Positions 13,201 to 27,500 of a DNA stretch of 64,000 nt are shown in pieces. A model generated the notes under the pieces. The model was given only the letters and a program-made list of their open reading frames with translations, searched no databases and had not been told where the DNA came from. Within the stretch, counting starts at the first letter, position 1. Each line of letters opens with the position of its first letter. A program made the position numbers and the translations under genes. Origin of the DNA: Phoronis australis (Eukaryota; Animalia; Phoronida); NCBI GenBank assembly GCA_002633005.1, contig NMRA01000347.1, positions 405,311-469,310 of the forward strand, in the 5' to 3' direction.

Positions 13201-16200
13201 TCAGCACTGTGCTGTCGACAAGAGCTTTGGCGTTCACCGTTTTGTACGGAGCTGGATGACCCTAAGTAAATAAAAACAAAGCGACAATGAGAAGCTGGGC
13301 ATTTAACAGAAGGCAAAGAGATGTGTACATTGGAATTGATGTACATTACCATGGTTATGTTGTCATGGTTACATTGCCATGGTTACATCACCACAGTTAG
13401 ATGACAGGGCAACAGCATCATGGCCTCACGTCAGCAAGATAACAAAAAGTGGATCGGTTGTTCCTTGCACCACCTTAAAACATCAAGTCCCCGAGTGTTT
13501 CGAGTTTGAATATACAACAGTAACCACTTTATTTCTTAGTGCAAGGGTAACAACTTTCTTAGATTTTATTTCTGCATTTCACATGCTCACAAATGACTTA
13601 TAAGCAGAGATGCGGCATCTCAGAAAAGTTACAAGTAGCTAAATAGGAGACAGTATATGAAGACCTTTAAATGAAAATTTACGACAAAGCCGCATATTAG
13701 AAGGCAATGTCACGGTTATATTGAAGATTGAACTTTGTGGATAACTAATTGCCAATCATTACATCAACAGTTCATAGTTCCGCTAGCACCATGTAACACA
13801 ACTTACTGTCAGTACATCCAGTAAACTGAGTAAACTGTGGATAGATTCACCCTCTTCTACTATCTTAAGGCATGTCTCACGCCCGTCCTGCAAATATCAA
13901 CAAGCAATGGCAGAATCGAGAACACGTCACTGCGATGAAAAGCAACGAAATGTAATGTAGGACCTTGGAAAATTGTCCAAATCAGAACATCATAATTCAA
14001 ATTCATAATTTTATGAGTCAATTGTTAGAAGTTGTTTTTAAAAGATTCCACTTTAGCATGACGGTTATCAAAAATAGGACTCCATGAAGTTAGTGCCCTT
14101 GCAGCCATGCACAAGAAGCAAGCCCTTATTTAACCCTGTACCACTGGTCAGAAAAAGTAGTCAGGTACACCCCAGTACCATATGCCAACTCCTCCTACCT
14201 TAAAACACAGGCTGAACAAACATGTCACTAATGTCGCAGAGCCACACCCCCAAATTACCAGTTCACCATCATCTCCACCACTGTCAGTCTACAAAACATA
14301 CCAACTCCTCCCACCTCAACATATATACTGACCAAACTTGTCTATCATGCCACAGAGCCACACCCCCAACTTACCAGTTCACTATCACCTCCACCATGAA
14401 TGTCTGCACCACAAACCTACCCCACCGACCTTGAACACACACACTGACCAAACCTGTCATTCATGCCAGAGAGCTCCAACCCCAACTAACCAGTTCACTA
14501 TCACCTCCAACATGAATGTCTGCACCACAAACCTACCCCACCCACCTTGAACACATACACTGACCAAACCTGTCACTCATGCCAGAGAGCTCCACCCCCA
14601 ACCAACTTACCGACTCATTAACAAACACCTCCACTTTGCCCGTCTGGACCACAAATATACTATTGTCTGGCTCGCCCACTTTGAACAGATACTCCCCCAT
14701 AAGCACCGACCGGGTGTCTAGCTGCTTACACAACTCGAGGAAGAGGGGTTTCTCAAAATGTCCAAACACTCTGAAACATTTGGCAAACGTCAATCATTTA
14801 GAGTGACACTTTACGCACACCCACAACATAATGTTTGCACCTGAACCAGTAAACAAGTCTAAATGGGATATTTAATGAATGTGTTTTTACAGTCAATTCG
14901 TAAAACGAATGCAATAATACATGATTAATACATGGTTCAAAATGCCAACATTTTTAATTATTATTTTACATTTTGTGTCTAGTACTGATAAGGAAATAAA
15001 GCCCAATCGTTTCAAGAATATACTCTGAATATGACTCGCACCACAGAGCGTGACACATAAGGCCACCATGACAGCCAAGACTGCAAAATCTGAGTTACAG
15101 GATGAACGTAAAAATGGCAATTCAAATTGCGTGGAAGTCTTCAATTTGTTGAAGTTAACAAGACTGTGTACAGCTTAGCTAGCTAGGAGGGGGGTAGAGA
15201 AACCAGTTTTTACCTGACACTGCGAAGCACGTTGAGGAACTCAGGTGGGATTATAGCGTCCCCTTCTTTCTGCGTCAGAATGTCCGTCTCAAAGAAAGCC
15301 GACGGTAGCTCCCTCTTGAGGATCACAGATGACTTGGACTCCCTTCGCAAGTGTAACAACCTGAAAGAACGAGACCAATATCAAATCATCCAATGATATG
15401 ATTGTTCATAGCTGATATTAGTCCAAAATACAATACAATACAGTTGAATATCAGGGCGGTATCTGCAATTTTTTGTGCATGGGATGGCTGAGTCAGGCCT
15501 TAATCTACAGGGGGTGCAGGACCTCCAAATGAATACCCTGACTCAAATACAGGCATCATTGCTAGTACGCTTAGTTTGTTCTGAATTTTGCTCTGAATTT
15601 TGCTCTGCGTTTAGGTGGCCAAGAAAAGAAAGTAAGCATAGTTGTCTCTTTTAACTTGCTAAAAGCACCACCTGCCTGTCCAAAATAACAAGTTAAAGAT
15701 ATGATGTCAGATATGGTAAAGTTTATTGCGAATGCGAACCCAAGTATCCATGGCAACATAATACTTCAAAGCAGTAATTTTACTTGCAGTCATAAAACGC
15801 GGTCAAGCGTCATTGGTCATGGACGACCTAAAATTGGGAAACACAATTCTGACTCATCTTCGAAATCCTGTAAAATTTGTAGTTCCAGAACTCAATGTTA
15901 ACTTACCAGTCACGTGACTTCAAACATAATAGCAACAGTAAAACGTGACCTGAATACTCATGATAAATGTTGGCCGAGAACACAAAACACGTGAGACGGT
16001 GTATTGCAACTGTTCCTCATGTCAAATGTCCACAGACGGCCGTTGTTACAGCAGTAAACTATTCGCTTTATTTTCACCACAACACAAAGGAGCTATCATC
16101 AACCGAACTATTATATCACAAAAACTGAAACATTTAGTAAACAACAGTCAAAAGTTTATTATTTTTAAATTTTTAAAGACTGAAGTACGGCCACATCATT

Positions 16201-19200
16201 CACTTCACACTAACACAACACCACTAGGGATTCAAAAATTATTTATCGAAACATTAAACGTTTACTTCATGAAATAGCATCATTGCTTAATTAAAGCCCT
16301 GAACTTTTTGCTACTTCATATGTGAGAAAAGGAATTTCTAACAACTGATTTTGATTACAAACTCATGTACTTGTTTCAAAATCACGGGCACAACCCGAAA
16401 TTTTAGAACAAAAGCAGCATTTCAGATTATGAAGTAAAGCATTAACTACAGTCGCCATCTTGTCGGCCATCTGTAATTTTGTTACGTCTGCTTTTCCAAT
16501 TGAATGCACATGAGAGAACAGTAGACGGAATCGAAAGTAAAACAGCACAAGAGAGGATGATAATGACTTCAAAATGATTACGAAAATTAGAATAAAAGTG
16601 CCATAAAAAATCAATAAAAAGGAGCACTGGAAAATCTAAGGTTACTCAAGAACAGCAAGACGTATCGAAAAACGAGCGGTAAGCTTTTTCTACATCTTGC
16701 CAAATCTCTTTACAAACCAAGTATGAGAAAGATTCGTCAAACAAGTGAAAAATCAAAAGTCACCTTACACACTATTTCAACAAAAATAACGCGTTGATAA
16801 AAAATCTTGTGGGTCAATCTTCAAGTCAACTTGGCAGAAAATGTGGCCTTCATCGTGTGGCGCTAAACAACAGAGCAACGTACTAGGCTACTAGTAATTT
16901 AATGTCTCAATTTAAACAAGCAATCCTCGACTTATGTAACATTTAGAGTGTGAGACAATACACACACACGCGCATGCAGGCGTGAACATTAAGCGCTGAT
17001 CCCATGGATTGAAAATCCTAGACGTATTTCACGAAAAAAACACGAGATCAATTCTATGAACGGTCATGTCCCCGAAGGATTCGCTGAATACCATACAATT
17101 ATGTAGCACCTATTGGCATACACAGACACTACACAGTTAAGTCCAACTGTGTGCAAAACCAGTGGCTTTACAATTCAGATAATGGCCAAAGATTGTGAAT
17201 TATTTTTAACCGATATTAACACAGCGAACCTTGGCGCAACTCAAAATTCTGAGAAATCAAACGTTTCCTAGTTAAAGTTTGTATATACGGGATTATTTCT
17301 GGATCAGTTTTCACATGGGAACGACCCTTAGTAGTGCAAACTCAAAACACAATAACAATGGTCAACAGTTTGAAAACTATTAGTAACTGGCAGTGCAAAA
17401 CACCTGGAGCTACAGTTAACACAAGCTATTGGAGTTTCTTCATTGGTTCTGAGAAAACAAAATCTCCTCCACCGAAAACCAAGAAGAGAGCAAGAAGCTT
17501 CTATGGAACCTCTTGACTTCAACGACAAAATTTTACTAAAAGCTGTCAACCACGACAGATGAGAAGTTATTGTATTTATCAGAAGACAATCTGAAGTAAT
17601 GAAAGTACAAGCCAAAAAACCGTATACTTCTGAATAACAGTCTTGAAAGTTACAGTAAGATAATAAAAGTTAATTTTCCGTAAAGTATAGATTTTAGTAC
17701 TCCACAGACAACCAATACCATTCATTGCATTTCCTCCAATCAGAGCAGCAACAAATGACATGTTAGGGAGGGACGTTTTCAAACACAGATACTATACCTT
17801 TCTATGGGCTCAACCACGCTAAGCCTTTCAGTGAAATTAACATGGTTCAAAATGAATGATAAACTCAAAACAGTGTTCTACAAAGTATTTGTAAATAGCT
17901 TATCACATGCCACATGCACAGATATCAACAGGCATTTGTGTTTGGTTTTACGGTTAAAATGCTTAATCTCTCACTTTAACATCCATATCAAACTTTTAAA
18001 AAATAGTGACACCAGCACAGTTTTGAGAAAACACAAACTTTAAGTGTTAGTTCAATGTATAGTCAGCAAATTTACAGTTAGTAGTTTTCAAAATAAAATG
18101 AACAATCTTCGACAAAACCGTGAGAAAAGCCGAACTTGGACAAACCTTTTGCCGCAATTATGTAGTAGGAGAAAAAATCTTTACTACAGCATTTCACTAA
18201 ATTTTCTGTAACGTAGCTTCGATAAAAATGCCCAAAACTGCATCTGGGAGTGGGATTTCCATAGTTTTTAACTGTATTTTTTGTAAAATAGTGATACGTG
18301 TAACCTAAACATTAGGTCAAAGCTACTTGTATGTATACATTGCTGAAGCTATTTTATTTGACAATAAATCGACCAGTCTAATTTTACCTCCTGGCTATAG
18401 AAAGCGCTATCTGTCTCTTTTTCATCTTTCTCGGCCCGCCAACCTTTTCGTCCACCTTAAGTTTGTCCTTAGTGAATGTGCGAACCTGAGCAACAAACAG
18501 GCAAAATTTCACAGATTGCATTTACATGGACACGTCTCTGTCAAACATTGCCAAATTTTGACATTCTTTGAGGTCATTCTTCAAAAAGGCCCAATGGCAG
18601 TATATAAGGAAAATGTTCAGAAGATATCCCCAGGGTGTAAATTTGGGAAAAACATGCATGGTTGAATAATTTTTACAACATTCCCCAGCTGCTTAGGAAA
18701 TGGAAACCAGGATCTCAACTGATATGAACTCCAACCGGTGGAGACAATCATACATCAATGATAGAAAATGCTGTAAATTGACTCTCCGTTTCCTTCAAAC
18801 TGCACAAAAACTACAGCTAGTACTGTGTTAACACACCCTAGTACCTATTCGTCACAACCAAATATGTGCCCACACGACAGCTAATTTCGATTGGACTTTC
18901 GGTCCCTAAATTGGTATTTTTTCAAAAAAACACCCACAGGCTTGTCCACACACAGAGGAGACAGTGTAGCCCAGTGGGATATGTGTTCACCTCCTTTACT
19001 CAAGACCCTGAGTTGGAGTCCCACTAGGGCACACAGCTGGATGCTTGAGTCAGGTCTCTTAACTGCTCAGCTCAGTATTAACTATGTAAATTAATAAAGC
19101 ACAAAATTCCACACAGGTGATCAGTGTAATTGGCACACCTTAGTGGCCTGTGCAATTATTATGTTTTTGTCTACAGAAAACCTCAGAAAGAACTGTTACG

Positions 19201-22200
19201 AAATGAAATGGAAATTTTGTCTAAATTAGGCAGCACTGTAATTGTCAAACTTAGACAGAATTGATTAGCTGCCACTGTAACTAGTCTCTTAGTTAGAGTG
19301 GGCAAATAGACTATGATCTACTCTTTACCACATGCACAATTTCGAGCACAAGAACTGTCTAAATATAAAATGAAAATTCTCAAAAATTATTTAATAAAAA
19401 GTGTATAAAATTTCTAAACTATTTAAGACACTGCAGTCCTGCTAAAGATGCCATTGGATCACAAGAGATGTATTATAGTTCCTCACCTTTCGGAGCATCT
19501 TTGTTCCATAAAAAAGGACTTTGTCTCTCTTTCTGAATCTGGGCTTGACATCTCGACCTTGTTGCACATCAGCTGAAGCAACAGCGATATAAAATTGAGG
19601 CAGTGAGGTTAGTGAGCTACAAAAACTTAAAATAATTATTATCCTAAATTGCAGTGATTATACATTCAAAGGCTGAGAACACTTACGGAATTTTGATCAT
19701 TCATATGTAGGTAAAAAATCCTGCAACTGTGAAAGTCAATTTCTTTAATAGGGAAACCACTCGTACTCTCAAACCATAACCTAAGCAGACATGACACCTT
19801 TGTCAAAATACCCAAGCTCTGCAGAGCAAGCCAATAGAATTCTTACCACTCAAAAAAGTGTAGGTTACCCGCTCAAAACAAAAACTAAACGAAATGAATG
19901 TATTTTTATTCTTGGGAAAGAAGACCAAACATAGCAAGCTTTCGATCATACATAGTGAGTCTTCAACCATACATAATAGTGAGCCGTCGAACATAACGGA
20001 TTGACTGCTCTCAGATTTACTTTTTTGTCAAAACATTTGAGTGCTCTTTTTACTTGGTGTACATGTATCAAACATGGTGTAGCACCATGTTTGGAATGTT
20101 TTGCACCATCTTTGGAAATCTCAAGCGATGTTTGAACAACTATAAGTCCCCTTTGAAATTTTGAGCCGCGTTTGAAAAGCCAGTTTTTCTGCTTTGAAGC
20201 GAATTGGCATTGGATTCCGTAGTGATGCACTTTTGATCAGTACAAATGATAGCGACATGCTTGGCTAATGAAAATAAAGTGGAAGTATAGTAATGTTGTA
20301 TCATGAAATAACAGAATGAATGAAGATTGCTACTAAGTACGCCAGAACGTGACTCGCAATTTTCAAATTGTCCCAAGTTTTTGATCAAGGAAAACCTTGC
20401 ATTTAACACTAACCTTAAGTTCCTTTTCTGCTAGAAAGGCCCAACATATACCGTAGATTACTGTCACCAAAGGACATTACGACAATTTGGTTACATTCAA
20501 CAGCATAATCTGAAGCTGCTCATTCAGCAAGCTGAGTAATGTTTTGCCCAGAAATGACCATTCCTGTCAAAACTGCATACATACCAGGTGGCTTTGTTCT
20601 CCTCTTCAAAAAGTAGACATAAATAAATACTAGCGTTGTTATGACGACCACTGCAACTGCAACAAGTATGTTCTAAAAAAAACAACAGACAAAAGGGTGT
20701 GAATACTTTCAAAATCAAACGTGTTGCAGTGATACACATACCAATCGAAGCAGCCATTTGTCCGACATATTACGCTACGAGGATAGAAAAATTTGGACAG
20801 TTTTCTGGCATCCTACATGACCTTACTGAAGCCTGCCGAGGGAGAGAACACGTTATCACACTGGACACGTGACATTTGACGTTTACCATTCTGCTTTTAG
20901 GCAAATTCTAGTCTTGAGTACACTGTAATTGATGACAACCCATGACCCGAGAAACTGGGTTCAGGGCTCGACGCTATTAAAATCGCCAGGTCGCATTTTG
21001 CGACCTAGCCAAAATCCCAGGTCGCATTTTCAAAATCCAGCTCGCATTCGTAAATGCCAGGTCGCAAAANATCTAAAAAATCTGTTTTGGCGCGTAAAAA
21101 TGGCGGGAAAATTTTGCGACCTGGCATTTACGAATGCGAGCTGGATTTTGAAAATGCGACCTGGGATTTTGGCTAGGTCGCAAAATGCGACCTGGCGATT
21201 TTATTAGCGTCGAGCCCTGCTAAGTCACGATTGTCTGAAGGGACCGCTTGCGCACTAACGGTGCCGCATTGCGATATCAGGGATATTGTCTTGGATATTT
21301 GGTACATGTAATAAGGACATCTTATGTGAAAAATAAACATTTTTGTTCACCACAAAGTTTGGTAAGTTGATCGCTTAAGAATTAGTAGAAACACCGTCGT
21401 TTTGTGAAGTTTTATCACGTGTTAAGCAGTGGCCCGAAACTTTCTTCGGCGAATCCGGGAATTTACAAAAGTGGCCGAAAGTGCTAGCCAATGAAACGCG
21501 TCAAAGATCGATTCTGCATATCCCATGCTCACGCGACTTGCTTACAAGTCATCAGGAGGGCTGTTCTCGGTTAGTGTTGGAAATTCCAGGTCGCATTTTG
21601 CGACTTGATACGAGCTGACAAAAATCTCAGCTCGCATTTCCAAATTTCAGGTCGCAAATGCGACCTGCAGCTCGTTATGTCGAGCCCTGGGGTTCCTAGC
21701 ATTAAGCTGTAAAAATTTGAGTTTGCAAATGATGCGTCAATTGTCTCATGCCAAAAAAGCATTCAAAATTTTTAAACACTTTTAAGGGTTTAATTCAGAT
21801 GATAAATCCATCTTTTACGCAGAGGGTACCTCCTCTATACAATCGATATCTAAAATCTGGGAAATAATCTCATGAAAGAGGCCATCGATAGCATGCAAAT
21901 AATTGGGCACTTTGCCATTTGCAAACAAAAGACGGACTCATTCCAATTCACCTCACTACGACATATAGCCTAGGCATTAAGCAACAGAATTTAATGTTTG
22001 ATATCGTTACCTTAAGCTTTTGCATTGAAACGGATGTCATGTAACCCAAAAACAAAGTGCATTTTTTACAAATCAGAAAAATAGCGTTCTTTTGAGATTC
22101 ACAATCACATTCGAGTTATTTTTTACTTCCAGCCTTCCAGGCCTTCCAGTTCCAAGTTCAAGTTGGTTTTGCAGGACAACTCTGTGATCAAGTACTTTGC

Positions 22201-22363
22201 TCCAGGGTTTCAGGAAATGTCTTCGAAAACGTAATCAACGCACTAGGCATCGCAACAAACAACTCACCACTGTGAAATTATATCCGGAAAGTTTTTCTGG
22301 TAATTTATCCGTTAAATTTAAGTTATATTCGCTGATTGTCTCAGCGACCTTCTTGGTCGCCAT
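273..22363 (-). CDS. PNPLA7: Neuropathy target esterase / swiss cheese-like patatin phospholipase (PNPLA6/7 orthologue); multi-exon, 3' end runs off the left edge of the window
   Basis: Hand-spliced GT-AG exons. 22268-22363 MATKKVAE...; 20585-20672 TM segment [22 protein letters not shown]; ~19487-19572 [19 protein letters not shown]; ~18387-18486; ~15214-15361; 14611-14771 [15 protein letters not shown] (cNMP-binding domain); ~12169-12251 [20 protein letters not shown]; ~7243-7420; ~5296-5465; ~2959-3075 LVLGGGGAR; ~2198-2352 IGGTSIG (patatin GxSxG); 1533-1596; 1093-1215 (duplicate at 273-395) [14 protein letters not shown]6 vs PNPLA7 cannot be distinguished; probably a single pre-duplication orthologue. 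Confidence 0.95.
507..620 (-). mobile_element. tRNA-derived SINE head with Pol III A and B boxes
   Basis: The minus strand reads TGGTGTAGTGGTTAAGG...GGTTCGACTCC, followed by the perfect palindrome GTTATCTCACTAGTGAGATAAC (507-528). There is no clean acceptor stem, so it is not called a tRNA. Confidence 0.65.
8994..9370. mobile_element. Foldback element with long inverted arms, internal ~22-bp tandem units and a degenerate hammerhead-like core
   Basis: 8994-9026 matches the reverse complement of 9338-9370 at 32/33 positions, and looser similarity continues inward to about 9075/9250. The right arm repeats the unit agaggtcagtgtaaat. Confidence 0.75.
10695..10866. repeat. Interspersed repeat, copy 1, with internal hairpin ttttacccg...cgggtaaaa
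   Basis: Reverse-complement match to ~25240-25385. Confidence 0.75.
11664..11921. repeat. ~128-bp direct duplication flanking the single N at 11792
   Basis: 11664-11791 vs 11793-11921 differ by a few SNPs. The unit includes the acceptor and 5' part of the PNPLA exon [15 protein letters not shown]. Confidence 0.9.
14175..14610 (-). repeat. ~116-bp degenerate tandem repeat (about 3.5 units) resembling the adjacent exon 3' end plus donor site
   Basis: gttcacYatc recurs at 14261, 14377 and 14493 (116-bp spacing). The units resemble the exon sequence at 14611-14695. Confidence 0.85.
20962..21689. mobile_element. Non-autonomous DNA transposon with CAGGGCTCGAC termini, subterminal caggtcgca repeats and 5-bp TSD GGGTT
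   Basis: TIR at 20962 and ending at 21689; GGGTT at 20957-20961 and 21690-21694. A ~108-bp inverted copy of the left end spans ~21112-21219, next to the N at 21070. Confidence 0.75.
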
Positions 22364-24537
22364 TATTTATTCTCCTTCTGTGAAAACTTCCGTACGGCAC
22401 AGGTCCTGCAGGTCAATAAATTAATGACGACTAAACTCACAAAACTTCATTGTTCCAGTCAACGTCCAAAATCTAACTTATGCAGAAATGATAGATGTGA
22501 AGTTGTGGACAAGCTTAAAAAAGTTGCAATTTGGAAAAAATAGTAGGTTATCTTGTAATGGTAGCGCAACCTAGCGGTAAAATGGAAAACTCGATTCGAA
22601 ACCAGGCTTGTTGACACGACCATGACCGACAAACAAAATCAGACAAGGGTAACCTTATTTTCAAAAATGGCAAAACAACGAAGAGGCTTCTATCTTCACT
22701 GTCAACATAATTTATGTCAGCCAAAAGCTTTTAGTGTTTTTCTTTAGTACCTGTATTACCACTACTACTGCTCTTACAAAAGTGGGAACACTCGAACTAT
22801 TTCCACCCTTTAGTAAGTTTGAGGGAGGCAAGGCCCACTTCATGCATAAACCAGGGCCAGTCTGTTTTTAGATACCAGCCTGCTTTAAGGTGTGTTAACC
22901 CCCGAGAGATGTTTGGCCTTGGTGAAGCTATAGCAGTGCGAGACAAACACTTAGGAAGGCCTTTGTTAATAACAACCAGAGTATATTACAAAGATTTTAT
23001 TGTCTCCCACAATTGACGTACAAAACCTCAAGAATCTGAACTAGCATACGGAAATTCTAACAGTGCGACGCCACAGGACGAGGTTAGTCAACAACTTGCG
23101 ACAGCATACAGATGAGAAATCTTGAAGTTAGAACATTCAGGTTCATTCGGAACAGATTTGGCTGTAATTATAACTATCCACATGTTTACAAGAAAAAAAA
23201 GATGAAATGAACACCTGAAGGTGACGTAGGTAAATACAATTACATATACAATCTACCCAACGACATAAATCTGCCAAAGGAGTAACTGGTTCCAGCATGC
23301 AAATTCATTTTGAAACCCTTTTACTTGACATTATTTCAAGAAAAACACCGATCATGACGGTTATTTCCTGCCAATACCAATTATCTTGAGGCATGTAAAA
23401 CATTTGTGCAGTGCTACATTTAAGATTGCTTCCTGATTACTGTATTACAAAGTGGCAAGTTGACTAGCATGGCCAAACCTGTTTGCAACTATAGGAGCAC
23501 ACATGTGCAAGAGAAAATCGAACGATCTCCCAATTTACTATCTGTATCCATGGGAACTTATCAACCAGCTCTACCAATTACAAAGAAGCCCAGAGTAGCT
23601 ATTCATTTTCAATTTTCAACTAGATAAGCGACATGTTTCTGACCCTGGATCCGCAGTCTACTATCCAAAATCGAACACAAAATTATTTTCCGACATTTTC
23701 TGCTCTTAATTTAATACGAACTCAAACCTAGTGTCTATTATTCTGTGCGAGAGTGCATTACGGTTTGCAAAACTGTGTTTCTGGTCCATAACCCCTGGAT
23801 TCGAGACTAGATTTTGAATTCAGACTCCGAACTTACACCTATGATGTTCTGGTCAACAAGCTTGAACAAGAATTAGAAGTTCACACAGGAAAAATCATAA
23901 TATACGTGAGCACAGAATAATAAGGCACTTATCTGGAACAAAAAAGAATCAGAAAATAACGACAATTTTGAGTACACAGAAAAGACCCCTAAGCAATGAA
24001 TGCTGAAAAAAGAAAACATGCAATACGACTTGAAGCATTCAGCACTTGTGTAAATGAACAGAAAGCATTGATATAACAAAGAATGAGTTGTACTTTGACA
24101 GAATAGTTCATATACACAGAGATGGCAGCAAATTGACTCCATTTGGATACCAGTTGATTTTTGGAAATTTTGCAAATAGTGGATAAAACCTTTAGCATGA
24201 CTGTCACCTTTTTCTATTAAGTGGATGACCCGCAATCAGGAAACAAAGCCTACAAAAACTATTTAGACCGTTGCAGCAGAAACACCAAGCTTGTAGGAAA
24301 ATATTACGGTAGCTCTCTAACAAAAATAAACACACAATATTTATATACAAGTAGTAATGGTGAGAAAAAGAAACAGTACAACAAGATGTTGATGGGCAAT
24401 TGCGACTTAACGTTCTACAAAGTGTTGAGACGTCTATAACATATGGCCGACATCCTAGTTCTGCCGGAGACCCGGGCAGACGGCGGACAGAATACGGTTG
24501 CAGCTGGTGGAATCCAAGGAAACTGTTCCCATGGCAA

Positions 24538-27500
24538 CTAGTCATCGCCTGCCTCGCCCTCCTCACCCTCCACGTCCTGAAAAGAAAACCAGAGGTATTT
24601 TAAGTTGTATGTCGTAATCAAACATTCACATAAAAGTTCCATAGCACACAAACCACAATGAATAATTGACAATGTCACTGCTGGAGACAAGTAGGGGTGT
24701 ACATTTGAAAAATACCAACTGCAGGACCAAAAATTGAGCCGGAAAATAGCCAGTTACAAGAGTGGCGGATTTTGAGAAACTGGTTCTCAAAACTCAGGGC
24801 CCCATTAATGACTATAACCATTAAATCCAGGTATGCTCCGGTGTCTCAATGCGCCTACCAGCGTGCAAACTGTAATCAAGAAAGTCAGTGCACAACACCG
24901 TCGACGTATGACGCTCGCCACAACAGAAAATTCTTATAGGCATTCCTAAGTCCATGTCCATCCTGTGGGGAATATGATTGATGAGTCTTGGAATAAATGC
25001 ATAGAAGTGGTGCCAAGAATCCAATATTTCAAACTCTGCATAGCTTTTCAAACATGATGCAAGTGAGCCAAACCAGTGATGAGTCATAACAGGTTGTAGG
25101 GGACACTGTATAATGGTCAACAAGGTCAGGAGTTCATGGTCAAAAATTTCCACCAGATACCCATTTGGGAATGCAATACATAACAAACCAGGGGCCTTTG
25201 GAATTCAACCCTACATATTTTGTTCCTAGTTGACCTATGGCAAGCTCAACCCCCTTGCGTAACGTCGACTAACAAACAGTAAGTTTTACCCGGCAACGTG
25301 TTCTTTGTCGGGTAAAATGGCAGCTTGAAAACGAAGATGTGTCAATAATGCCGTGTTCAAAATCCTGGCGATAGGTCAATTGTACACGCTGGCCATAGCT
25401 GCAGAGAATTGTCTTTAGACATGCCCACTGACCATATCAATATACGGGCCTCCTGCAGTAAACTGTGGTTGTATCTCACATGGACTGGCCGTGTTCCAAT
25501 AGCTCAATAATCAACAGCTGAATTTCAGCATTCAAATTGCCGCACACAACAGTATGCCATTTGCTCACACGAAACCGTTTGAGACAAAATAACATCACCG
25601 AGACTTCAACAGAAGTCACATTTACTGAGAGCTGGATTCTTATTCTTTAACACCAAAATCCAACATTTTTCACGCCAATGTTGTAACCTTACATTATGGC
25701 AATTTTACAACACAATTTATCTACTCGACAAAATTTCAAGCGCTAACTTTCTGGCCGATTTTCTGTAACTAACGACTCCCTACAGGTCATTGCTTATCTG
25801 GTTGAAGTTGACTACACAACCACTTGAGGACCCATTGACGACCGACCACACAAAAACTTGTCCTGTGCTGTATATAGCGACACCAAACAATTCGAAGTTT
25901 CAGGCCACGCTCAGCGCATAAAATGACCCGTTTGACACGTGAAAGCCTGACCTCAAGCTATAACAAATGTCCACCGCTCTTGGTAAGACCACAAATCAGT
26001 CCTAATATGAGTAAGGAGAAACACGAGACCGATTCTGATAGTAAGCGTTTGAAAAGATAGGGTTTATAACAACTTTTATGCCCACCCACCTCGTCGTCAC
26101 CCTCGTCAAAATCTTCCTCTTCTTCCCCTTCCAATTCTTCTTCTTCATCAAACTCATCATCATCTGTAACGGTAATAGGAAGTGTCAAGACTCCACAGAA
26201 GAGTGCAACACAACCAAACAATGTGAGAATCTCAGATACGCATTTCGTACGTTAGCACCTCACGGTTAAACAGTCTTACCTGCATGCAAGTTAGCGTTCA
26301 CAATTACACGTGACAAAAATGAACGAAATAGAATTCATCGCGTGCTTCGCCGCGATGATTCGCCACCGCTAACTTGATTTGTTCCAATTAAAGTTTGTGC
26401 TTTCAGCTTGACCCAAATAGCACAGCACAGCCCCTTAAATCAACATAAATTATTCATAGAAAGATGGTCATACCTTCGTCACCTAACTCATCATCATCTT
26501 CATCACCAGGATTGGACTGAAAAATACGAAATACGAGCTTTTCACGACCTATACACCGACCACGATTCTAACAACTACTTGCAGTGCACAGACTCGACCC
26601 GACCATCCCTCCCAAATTCTTGGCACTGATTGTTAGCTAATACAACAGTGCCCAACTTCCGCTGAGAGACTCTAGTATAGTTCATACAGGAAAATTCACT
26701 ATGTAAATTAAAACTTACTTTTGTAACATAACTGAGGGTCAGTTTTACGTTAAACAGCCTTATTTACTAATAACCAGTAGATGTTCTTCATCAACTTTGT
26801 GAAAATTGGCATGATGCTCCAACTTTACAATTGCTAGAAAACGACTTATGAACACACCACAGTCTAAAACTAATCTAGAGAAATTATCTCAATAACTGGA
26901 AGTTACAAGCATATTTTCACAGATTTTGCACTTTTGCTCAAGAGACACTTAATTAGTTTTCATAAATAGCTGAGTAGAGCCTCCAACAATATGTCTTCCT
27001 AAAGCCTTACGTCATTTTCCACGAAACAAACCCAGCCTCTAAACTAACACCCTGCACCAAAACTGCGCTCGGTCACGTGATTATACCTACCAGGAAGTAC
27101 TGCAGGGGGTTTGGCCAGATGTCGTCCTTGATTACTTCGCCCAGTTCATCAGCACCGGCGTCGCCGTGCTCCGTGAACCAGCTGAAGAATGTCTCCTGAT
27201 CGTCGAGGGAACGCTTGTCGCCTGCCTTGGCATTCTGAGCAGCCTTTTTGGTCAGGTCCTGTAAACGAGATGGTGACACGACCAATGTAAATCATCGTCA
27301 CACAAGTAACAAGCCATAACAACACTGACAACTTTACAGACTGTGTACTAAATATATATCAAAGCCTCACAATCCTTGCCTTCTGAACAATACAAACAAG
27401 GCACAGTGTGGGGAATGAAAATGCACATCATGAGACGTTACCTTGCCTTCCTTCCATTCGATGGCGGTAGATTCCGACCGCGGTTCCCCAGCGTCACTAA

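Noticed and set aside
18955-19100. Possible degenerate tRNA-SINE (tgtagcccagtgg...gagttggagtccc)
   Set aside because: The boxes are too degenerate and no second copy was recognised in the window.
21530-21557. CTGATGA followed by a hairpin on the minus strand (possible hammerhead)
   Set aside because: There is no GAAA after the stem.
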